The position numbers and the translations under genes are program-made. The notes beneath the pieces are model-generated. The model ran no database searches. It was not told the origin of the DNA and worked only from the letters and a program-made list of their open reading frames with translations. From Monocercomonoides exilis PA203 (lineage: Eukaryota > Protista > Preaxostyla), in assembly GCA_001643675.2 (NCBI GenBank), contig LSRY02000033.1, positions 744,001-808,000 on the forward strand: a DNA stretch of 64,000 nt, read 5' to 3'. Shown here piece after piece: positions 35,365 to 45,745 of this stretch. Position 1 is the stretch's first letter. Each line of letters starts with the position of its first letter.

Positions 35365-38300
35365 ATGCAAGCCGTTTGGAATCTTCTGATTCGAAGGAAG
35401 AAGAAAATGAAAGCAATGAAAGAGTTTGCAAAAGCTGTTTTGCTCATATTATTTTTGTATCATTGTATATTTTTAATATTAGACTGTTGCTGCTCAAGCG
35501 TTATTTCAATGGATTCTTCAGTTGCATTCTCTAATTCAACAATTTCCATGTTTAACTGAAATTTCTCAGCCAACTGGAACAAAAAGCAAAGGTTTTATTC
35601 TATTAATATTAAATGCATGGACGTAAATGTTGTTATTTTTGATTTAATTCATCAAAGGCTTCGCAGAAAAATTTATTGAGATCCTAGAGAATACATTTCC
35701 TGAATCGTATCACGTTAAAGCAATAATGAAGGCCGTTTCAATATGCGTACACATACTTTCAAAGGCTTCAACAAAGACAATAAATGAAAGCAAAGAAATT
35801 GTCAAAAATGAGAATGGATCAACATCGACTGCTTTGGTTAGCAAAAAAACTTATGAAATGCAACAAAAAATAGTTATTTCATTAATTGCCGAAGCATATT
35901 CTGTTTCAATTGAGCAAAAAAGGGATAATGAAATTCTTCAGGAGCGAATAAGTCATTTAACAAAGAAAACAACAGTTAAAACTCCTCCGAAGGGAGAAGT
36001 TTTATCTGGTTCAGTTCTTGAAGGTCTCCAACTTTTGAGATTGAAAAGATTGCATGCACTCCAGGAAAAGATGGCCGAAAGCGGTCAGTCAGTGCCAAAT
36101 AATGAAACATGCTTGGGTGAGGATAATAACGATGCAAATCAAGAAGTGACTCAGTTTGAAGCTTCTTTGAGATACTTTTTGGAGGAAAACGGAATACAGT
36201 CAGAACAAATTGATCAGCTTACAAAATTAAGCGGAAACGATAGAAAAAAATACATTGAGCAATTAATGCCTGAGGAGAATGGTAATGTTCTTGCATTGGG
36301 TGCCTTTCGTTCAACAGTTATTAATGAGAAGCAAATTGATAGCTATACTCAAAATCAGACAAAAAATAATGTCCTGCTTTCATCTCCTCAGTGTTTAATA
36401 TCTCCTTCGGCTACTTACACTTTATCGCCTTTTTCTCCATCTACCTTTTCTCCTGCATCATCGATTTCTCGCTTTTATACGCAATCTCCAGTCAAAAGTC
36501 CGATAGCATACTCACAAACGCATACTCCTGAGCAACTAACTCGTAAATCACCTTTGTCAACATCCTTTTCATCTCCTCTATCTTCAACACCTCTTCATTT
36601 GTCGAGTTCTCAACTTTCTTCACCTTCGGCTAGCGTTTCTTTAACATCTTCTAATTTTCCGTCTCCTTCTGAACATTCAGGCAGGTTATCTCCTTCTTCA
36701 ATTTCTATGGCAAGTTGTAATTCAAACTCTTCTGCTTCTTCATTTTACTCACCTGTTCCATCATCTTTGTCTCCTGCCTCATTCACTTCATATCCTTCAT
36801 ATGCTTCTCTAAAGAACAGTTGGCCAAATTCACCAGTAACTCCTTCATCTTTGTCTACAACAAGAAGTTCTCTTTTATCATTTCCTGAATGTTCTGAATC
36901 AAAAAGTGCATCTGAACTTCCTTGCACCAATCAAAGCCCTCCTCAGACGGTACTAAATCAATCTTCTTCAGAATTACTCAAGCCTATTTTAAAAGAAGTG
37001 CCATGCACTTCACCTTTTTCAACAAAAGACTTTCCAGTATCATTCTCTTCGACAATGTCTTCCGTATCGTCTCGTGAGTCAACTATATCTTCTGTTGAGG
37101 AAATGATGCTAATGATAAATGGGAAAAAATCATGCTCAAATTTCTCACCTGCTTTGACGAAGTCTGTTGCTTTATCGCCTCTTGCTTCTCCATTGACAAA
37201 AGTTACAAATTCACAAAGTGTAATGAATACTTCGAATACAACAAACATCACAATTGTGTGTGGAGAAAACCAAATGAATAATCTTATTTGTAATGCGCAA
37301 AAGAATGAAATGGTAGACACTGAGTGTCAAACAGAAATTGTTAGCGAGTTTAATAATTGCTCAGGTGGTAATGAAAATATAACTGAAGACGAAAGAAAGG
37401 AATTATTAAATAAAGGAAATGAAGATAATTCTATTGCTCCGAATGAATTTCAACAATTTGAAACATCACTTCTAACAAAACTGTCTTCCGAACACTCTCA
37501 ATTCGGAGAATTAATTCCCCTTTTGACAACTTCAGAACAACTTGTATCTTCCATTTCCTTCACACCATCTCGACCTTCAATGACAAAATTCACTTCGCCT
37601 GCGCCAATTGTTAGCACTTTCATTTCATCCACTTTGAGTAATTCTTCTGCTTCATCATCATCTTCTTCTTCTTCTTCTGAAGCATCAACTACAAATAGTG
37701 CTGAGTCTTTATCCATTTCACCATCAACACCATCTGATTGTGATCAATTAACAAACTTTTCAACACCCGAATCAAAGAAAAAGCGACAATCTTCATTTTC
37801 AACTCCCTTAAATCTTACTGACGCTTCTCATATTGAAAAGAATAATCATTTCGAAAATGATGATAGTAATCAATATGCCTCTTCTCTTCTCCCTCTGATA
37901 TTGTTTATAAATAATTCATCTTCTCTTCATCAATTTACTGATTCATCTTCAGCAATCTCAGCATTTCTTCTGAGATTTCTCGTTCTTGTTTTATATTCGT
38001 TCTCATCTGATGTTAATCAGTTATCATCAAATTTAAAGTCTGCAACATTGCCATTTTTCTGTGCACAAAAGCAAAAAGAAAAAGCAATGAAAGAGTTGAA
38101 AGCAAGATTTTGCACGATGTCAAACGAATTAAACGGAACTAGTAATGTTCAAAGCGACGTTTCACAAGAATGTATCAAACAGGAATTCGCAAACAGCTTA
38201 GAGACAGAGAATATTAGAGCTGACCAAATAATGCAAAAGAATGAATCGATTAAGGAAAAGATAACAAATGCAGATTCTGAACAACATTCAAATGGAAGTT

Positions 38301-38725
38301 TAATTTCAAATGGTCCTTTATTAATGTCCTCACTTCTTTCCTCTTTGCTCTCAACAATTAAAAATTCACAAAAGAGAATGGAAGAATCTTCACAAACAAA
38401 CTGTGAATGTGCTTTTGATCAAAGCAGCGAATTTGCAGATATTCTACCTCTTCTTCGATCCCTTGCACTTTGCATTCATTTACCTCTCAGTTCATTGCAA
38501 CAATTGTTATTATCTTTGAAGCAGACAGTGGAAGTTGCAGAATATTCGGTTGCAACTGAAGGGGAATGGATAAATGATGTGAACAAATGGATGAAAGAGG
38601 CTTCAGAAACTTTATCTGAAAGCATGAAACAAATGGAAAAAGCAATTTTACAAATGCAAGTTAAAAAAGATGCCAAAAATAACAGAAAGAAAGTTGCACG
38701 GAAGACAGAAATATCTGGAAAATAA
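35365..38725 (+). CDS. Ser-rich/coiled-coil hypothetical protein; probable join(35365..35436,35483..35591,35658..38725)
   Basis: 999-aa ORF from 35726. Two upstream GT-AG introns can join it in frame to the ATG at 35365; the upstream exons are tentative. Confidence 0.55.
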
Positions 38726-39119
38726 TTTTTAATTCCATGAAAAAGAAATTGAATAGTTAAATATCGAATGAATACAACTTAATTGATACATATAAATACC
38801 AGCGGAACATCTCTAAAGTTGAAAGAGATTTTGTTTTTGTTAATTCAATATTTTAGAATAATTTTTTTAAAAAAATTGAAGGATGTGTTTTATTTAAAAG
38901 CTAGTTTTATTAGTTTTAACTTTGAAAAATAGGTTGAGAAACTAAATGGGTCTTATTTTTTTCGTTGAAACTTTTAAAAGTACTATCATTGGCTCAATTG
39001 TTTTGACCGTTTAATTCAGAAATATGCAGAAATGTGATAAATGCTTTTGAAATAAGAAATAGAACTAAAATGGAAGAAAACAAAAGCATCACTTTTTTGA
39101 AACGTTAAAGGCTAATGAA

Positions 39120-39860
39120 TAATCATTTATCCACATTCTGTCTCTTTCTTTCTTTCTTTTAACACTTCATCATCATCTGTCATTCTTCTCAATCTTCTGA
39201 ATTGTTGGAGAAAGACTTTAAAGTAATTATTTATTATCTTTTCTTTTGATATTGATTTGGGACGATATTTTTTGCTTTATGAATTTTGTTCCGTTCTGCT
39301 CATTTAATTAATTTCTCAGTTTTGAAATATTTCCTATGTTTTTTGACATGAGAATGAAAGATTTCTCATGATAAGGTTGTGGAAAAAGTTTGGAATAAAT
39401 TGTTGTTTTTTTCATAAATGAAAGAATTCTGCCCCATTTATAACGCTCCTCCTTTAGCAGATCATTGCTCCACTCTCAAACAAAACATCAACTCTTTCAG
39501 TTGCTCGATCAGTCATTGTTTGAAAAACAGAAACGTATTTTTCATTAATTTTCTTTCGTTCTCTCTTTTTGCTCTGCACAAACTGACATAACAATGAATC
39601 GGTTCATCATAATCCTCTTTCCACAATTTGCTTGAATGAAAAACCACTTCGAATAAACATATCAATCTCCATATTATCCTCACTCCTTTCATTTTATCCA
39701 CTTCATTTCCTCTTTTCCCCCAATCGATTCGCTTTGAAAGCTCATCCATTTCATTTGTCGCTTCTCTCACAAAATGAAGATCGTCTATCGTCTGCTCATT
39801 GAACTTTTCATCGAAATAAAGCCCATACGTAAAAAACATCCTTGCAGATCGATATGACAA
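39120..39860 (-). pseudogene. Decayed fragment of a helical multigene-family protein
   Basis: 115-aa ORF without a proper ATG (DDLHFVREATNEMDELSKRIDW...) followed by frameshifted, stop-interrupted coding-like sequence. It resembles, from memory, an expanded oxymonad hypothetical family; unverified. Confidence 0.4.
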
Positions 39861-40675
39861 CTAAATCAAATTTCGATGTTCTTGATAGTATCTAATGATT
39901 TCAGTTATGTCCTTCAGATAAAGTCTAATTTGTAACCAATATTCATCAAAAAGAAGGGTCGGAAAAATCAAAATCTACAAAATTTCAAATTCAACAATTA
40001 TTGCAAACCAAAATACTTTTCTGTCAATGGAGTTTTTCATAAAACCCAAATCTAATCAAATATATCAAATAATCACAATTGTAAAAAGTCTTTTTGGAAT
40101 TGCATTGACGACTACCCATTGAAAATATTGCTAAAATCTGATTTAAAAATTGAACATATTTCTTTCACCTTCCTTTTCATTCATTTTCAGATTGCAATTG
40201 AAAAATTCGAAACAAAACACTTATGAATATCAAATAATAAGAATAATTCGATCAAAAATCAAAAATTTTCACGAAAGTGAAAATCATAATTGAACAAATT
40301 CAAAAAAAAACAAAAAGAATAGGAGAGATGAAATACACAATCAACTAAAAGAATAAGTGGAATTCATGCTGGGTCATTCGTCAAACACTTTTATTTTGAA
40401 AGTTTTCATTAATTCATAAGAAAAAAGAATGAAAATCTTTCATCACTTCAATTCCAGTTGGAAACAGAAAAAGTGTAAGTAAAGTTATCGTATTCACATC
40501 CAGGAACATATTCAACAACAATAAACATATCTTTTGTGAACATGTTATTAAAATATAATATATTCGATCAATGAAAAATATTCGTTTGTTTCAAAATTAA
40601 AACAGCAACATCAAACGATTTGCAACCTCTCCAATTTACACAAAAAAAATTTTAAAAGAAAAGTACAATTTTTAG

Positions 40676-40681
40676 AAAAAA
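40676..40681 (-). terminator. Pol III oligo-T terminator of the tRNA gene
   Basis: Six T residues on the minus strand immediately after the discriminator base. Confidence 0.75.
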
Positions 40682-40753
40682 TGCTCCCTGTGGGGGTCGA
40701 ACCCACGACCATTGCCTCATAAGAGCAAGACTCTACCTCTGAGTTAAGAGAGC
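40682..40753 (-). tRNA. tRNA-Ile(UAU), intronless
   Basis: Cloverleaf: GCTCTCT TA ACTC AGAGGTA GAGT C TTGCT CTTATGA GGCAA TGGTC GTGGG TTCGACC CCCAC AGGGAGC A. Anticodon TAT; no encoded CCA. Confidence 0.93.
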
Positions 40754-41339
40754 TCTTGAAAAACAGATTTTTTCAAATAAAATTTAATAATAACAATTAT
40801 TAACTCATTTTGTTTTGTTTTTGTGAAATTTTGGATTTTGTTAGTCTTTGTTCAATTCTTTTTTAGATTTTTTTGGATTTCGTCATTCAACGTTAGGCAA
40901 AAGTCAATGTTCAAATTAAAAACTTTCTTTATGAGATGTTAAAAAAAATTGATTTTTATTTCTCAATGTCAGTTTGATTAATCACTTTTAAATTCAGACA
41001 TTCTTTCGATTTTTGTTCAAAAAATCTTCCATATTGTGAACAAAGATAATAATGATGCTTACAAAAAACAAAAAATGATCAAAATTATTCCATTCAAAGA
41101 TAATAAAACAATAAAGACTCCAACAATATCGACTTTTTAGAAGAGGATCAGTCATTTCCTTTTTTTCACTCAAAAAACAGCACTAATCTATAAGTTATAA
41201 ATGCAAACGTATGTTCGATGAATATTTTTTTTCTATTGATATTTTCACTCTTTTATCAAAACAAATGGAAAAGATCACTGTATAATCATGTTTGCCTTTT
41301 CGTTGTTTTGATGATTATCATTTTATTGAAAGAATTTCT

Positions 41340-42472
41340 ATGAAATTGCTTCTTTTTGTGCTATATTTTTTTGTTGGTTTTTGTGATTATATGGGGTCTC
41401 ATCCAGTTTATTCGTTTATGTCAACTCAAATTCGACAAGCGGTTGGAGCAGGAAGATGGTTCGATTCAAACGGAGCATCATTGAAAAGGGAAGTTGAAGG
41501 ATATATTAATTCTGCTGCTGTTCCTGAAATTAGTGGTAGAATTGTCGTGGGACTTGCACCACATGCTGGCTTTCGTTATTCTGGCCCAACAGCTGGATTT
41601 ACTTTTCGAGCTCTCAGAGATCAGCCAGAATCGATGAAACCAGATGTTCTTGTTATTGCAGGTTTTCCTCATCATGCAAGTTTAAGAGGCTGCGCGGTGA
41701 TGGATGGAGATGCAATAGAAACTCCAATTGGGCGACATCCAATAGATATGGAATCAGCAACTTTCCTTTGCAGTTTTCCAAGTATTGAGTTCGCATATAA
41801 ATATCACAATGGAGAGCACAGCGCCGAAAACGAGATTCCTTTTGCCCAATGTGCTCTTCCAGGTGTACCAATTGTTGTCGTTCTTGTTGGTGATGAAGGT
41901 TCAGTTCCGCTAGCAAACGCACTAATAGAATTAAACAAAAAGAAAAAAGTCTGTGTAGTATGCAGCACTGATATGTTGCACGATGAGGATTATGACAAAG
42001 TTTATAAAGTTGACGCAAATACCTTAGAGTTGACAGAAAAAATGGATATTGAAGGATTGAAAAAGAAGTGGTCTTATGATCATCAAATTTACTGTGGAAT
42101 GAAACCTGTTATGGCAGGAATGTTGTTTGCAAAAGCATTGGTGTGATGTTATTATATACAATCACATAATATTAACTTTTCAAACAAAATTTAAAATCTT
42201 TTTGTAATTTCTAACTTTCTAGGGCTGCACAAAATCTACAATATTAAAGCATGCATGGTTTGCATTTGTATTTTCTAAAAATTATTTAATATTATGAAAC
42301 ATTAAATTTTTTTCTCGCTTTTATAAATGTTATTTCGAACAAAAACTGATTCAAATTTTTGACGCGTTGATGACAAACAAAAAATTAATCATTATTCATT
42401 TTTAGTTCAGGGGATGGAAAAGAAGATCGTTCATACAACGTTGGCTACGGTTCTGTTGTTATGACAATCTAA
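41340..42472 (+). CDS. MEMO1: MEMO1/AmmeMemoRadiSam protein B family; join(41340 or 41418..42140,42223..42257,42406..42472)
   Basis: Motifs IRQAVGAGRWF, APHAGFRYSG, GFPHH, ETPIG, HNGEHSAENEIPF, STDMLH and YCG, plus C-terminal CSGDG..NVGYGSVV assembled across two in-frame introns. Confidence 0.88.
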
Positions 42473-42806
42473 GGCAATGTTAGAGATGAAAAAACAAATG
42501 TTATTCGTAAATCAACTCGATCTTATCTTTTTGCTCTCTCTTCTTGTTTAATGTTTCATTTCATTTTACAACGTTTCGTTTCTCATCATTCTAGCTTTCA
42601 ATCATTCGCAATTTTAAAAAAAAATCAAAATATGAAAAATCTCAAATACAACAAGCATATCTTCTCAAGTCTAAATTTTTTTACTATTTTAATGTATTTC
42701 ACAATATTTACAAAAACAATGAAAACTTAAAAAAAAAACGAAAAAGAAGGAGGTGGAGAAGGAGAAGGAGAAGAAAAAGGATGAAATGGAAAGGATAGAG
42801 AAAGAT

Positions 42807-43878
42807 TCAAGAATAGAAGATCCACGATGCAGCGCCTCGATCAGCACCAGAAAATGTGCCTTTCTTGCTGCTCACATGTTGCTCTGTATGCACATAAAAA
42901 TTGTCAAAAAAGAAAGAAAGAAGCAATAAAGATAGAACAGTTAATTAGCAAATCCAAAACAACGGCAAGCATATGTTCATATAAGTTGATAGCGTAAGCT
43001 TAAAAAAAAGAAAGAAAGAAAGAAAATATGTCACACCTCGCGGCTTTTCATAATCTGCTGGGCCAGGTGTATGTTCTTTGGGAGGCGTGTCTCTCCTCGC
43101 TTTTCCAATTGTTGCTCGAAATGCTCGCGGAGAAGTGACTTCTGGCGCAACAGGGCCAATTGGAGGTCCAGAAACGGATGTGTCTCGAATCAACGATGAT
43201 TGCTTTGGTGCACGCCCAATTGTTGCCCGAGGGGACTGTGGATGATAAGATGCCTTGGTTTCATCTGGGCTAAATTCTCCTGGTCCCGGAGAAATAGTTG
43301 TTTTATTTGTTGTTCTCTTTTCCGTTCCAATACGAGCAGCCGGAGCATGAGGAAGTATTTTATCTACACTTTCCCCAGTGTTATATACTGGTCCTGGTGA
43401 TCGCTCAAATCGATCGACAGTGTGCTCAAATCTTCAAGGGATGAAAAGCAAAAGAAAAGAAGTCAAGTAGACCGTTTTTGGCCCAATACTTATGAAATTT
43501 AGGTAAAAACTTAATATAGCGCAAACAAAGGATCTGTTGGATCCATAAAATTCCTAGTTTTCAGAGCTGGATCCCTGCCCCGTGAAGAAGATCGGGACCG
43601 TCTTGTTCCTCGTGAAGAACGCGTCATTGAATTTGACCTTTCACGGGATCGAGAGCGTCTATTTTCTCCATCACGAGTTCTCGCTGAACGTGATTCTGAT
43701 GTTCTAGGAGATTCTGTTCGTGGAGGATATTCCACTGGGTTTGATTCTTCAACTTTATTATCAGACTTTATTCTGTAGGTTCAACAATTGTAAATTGTCG
43801 AAGTATATTCATTCAAAAAGGATGTTCACATTAAATAATTGTAATAAAATCAAACCCTTCGCATTGTTCGCTGCTCAT
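42807..43878 (-). CDS. SHIPPO/ODF3-like PGP-repeat protein, copy 1; complement(join(42807..42883,43037..43431,43527..43772,43856..43878))
   Basis: Mirror image of copy 2, with the complete coding region inside the left arm. Confidence 0.7.
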
Positions 43879-44108
43879 TATTTCTTTTCGGTTTTATTTT
43901 GCTATACGCGAAGTTATAAATTGTTATTTTTAACTATTTTCCTAATATTATGGTTGTCAAGTTTTCATCATTTTTTTGTTATTAACAATCATAAATACAT
44001 CATTAGCGAAAGATTCATTGTAAAAGATTACAACCATAATATTAGGAAAATAGTTAAAAATAACAATTTATAACTTCGCGTATAGCAAAATAAAACCGAA
44101 AAGAAATA

Positions 44109-45180
44109 ATGAGCAGCGAACAATGCGAAGGGTTTGATTTTATTACAATTATTTAATGTGAACATCCTTTTTGAATGAATATACTTCGACAATTTACAAT
44201 TGTTGAACCTACAGAATAAAGTCTGATAATAAAGTTGAAGAATCAAACCCAGTGGAATATCCTCCACGAACAGAATCTCCTAGAACATCAGAATCACGTT
44301 CAGCGAGAACTCGTGATGGAGAAAATAGACGCTCTCGATCCCGTGAAAGGTCAAATTCAATGACGCGTTCTTCACGAGGAACAAGACGGTCCCGATCTTC
44401 TTCACGGGGCAGGGATCCAGCTCTGAAAACTAGGAATTTTATGGATCCAACAGATCCTTTGTTTGCGCTATATTAAGTTTTTACCTAAATTTCATAAGTA
44501 TTGGGCCAAAAACGGTCTACTTGACTTCTTTTCTTTTGCTTTTCATCCCTTGAAGATTTGAGCACACTGTCGATCGATTTGAGCGATCACCAGGACCAGT
44601 ATATAACACTGGGGAAAGTGTAGATAAAATACTTCCTCATGCTCCGGCTGCTCGTATTGGAACGGAAAAGAGAACAACAAATAAAACAACTATTTCTCCG
44701 GGACCAGGAGAATTTAGCCCAGATGAAACCAAGGCATCTTATCATCCACAGTCCCCTCGGGCAACAATTGGGCGTGCACCAAAGCAATCATCGTTGATTC
44801 GAGACACATCCGTTTCTGGACCTCCAATTGGCCCTGTTGCGCCAGAAGTCACTTCTCCGCGAGCATTTCGAGCAACAATTGGAAAAGCGAGGAGAGACAC
44901 GCCTCCCAAAGAACATACACCTGGCCCAGCAGATTATGAAAAGCCGCGAGGTGTGACATATTTTCTTTCTTTCTTTCTTTTTTTTAAGCTTACGCTATCA
45001 ACTTATATGAACATATGCTTGCCGTTGTTTTGGATTTGCTAATTAACTGTTCTATCTTTATTGCTTCTTTCTTTCTTTTTTGACAATTTTTATGTGCATA
45101 CAGAGCAACATGTGAGCAGCAAGAAAGGCACATTTTCTGGTGCTGATCGAGGCGCTGCATCGTGGATCTTCTATTCTTGA
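44109..45180 (+). CDS. SHIPPO/ODF3-like PGP-repeat (axonemal-type) protein, copy 2, 246 aa; join(44109..44131,44215..44460,44556..44950,45104..45180)
   Basis: Exons sum to 741 nt in frame. Repeats: SPGPVYN...APAARIG, SPGPGEF...SPRATIG, RATIGKARR...TPGPADY. Arg/Ser-rich N-terminus. Confidence 0.75.
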
Positions 45181-45745
45181 ATCTTTCTCTATCCTTTCCA
45201 TTTCATCCTTTTTCTTCTCCTTCTCCTTCTCCACCTCCTTCTTTTTCGTTTTTTTTTTAAGTTTTCCTGGTCTATGTTGTTATAGTTATTTATTTTATTC
45301 ATTTCAAATTATAAAATCAAGTATAATTATAAGCGATGAAAGCTTAAATTACTTTTTTATCACAAAAAAATACTGAAATCGATCAGGCGATCATGTTCAA
45401 TGATGACTTGTTGCTGGGAAATGAATATAAAAATGATTGGAAATTTTTAACTATTGAAAAAATGTTGGAAGAAAGATAACTATCCCTTAACTTTCATTCC
45501 AGTTGACTCCATAATCTGAAGAACTATTTGAAGAAAGAATGCACGCATACAAAAATGAGAAACCAAGATTCAAAGAGAAGAAGAAACACAACAAAAAACC
45601 GAAAGTTAAAATGTCTCTTAGAACAAAATATGAGTCCCACTTTAGAAGATTAAAAATGCTTGTTGTTTGATTTGGCATTGTTGAGGCAATGAATAAACTG
45701 AATGATGCTGAACACACGGGCCCAAGTGCAACGAAGTCTATCATT

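Larger units (their letters stand above)
42721..45266. repeat. Long inverted duplication: arms 42721-43957 and 44030-45266 (1237 bp each), 72-bp spacer
   Basis: Every paired position checked sums to 87987. Mirrored ORFs translate identically (43511..43735/44252..44476; 42945..43193/44794..45042). First mismatches at 42720/45267 and 43958/44029. Confidence 0.95.

Noticed and set aside
31136-40753. Functional clustering of RTRAF with the tRNA gene
   Set aside because: They are 8 kb apart with unrelated genes between, and this tRNA has no intron.
39900-41290. Hidden genes in the AT-rich region around the tRNA
   Set aside because: Only short stop-interrupted fragments; nothing supportable.
43720-44267. 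Mirror ORFs MEDIPLGLIL... crossing the palindrome centre
   Set aside because: Antisense to the SHIPPO-like exons and introns, with non-ATG starts and AT-rich junk composition.
42721-45266. Large palindrome as the TIRs of a transposon
   Set aside because: The arms consist of a host-type intron-containing gene; no TSD and no transposase inside.
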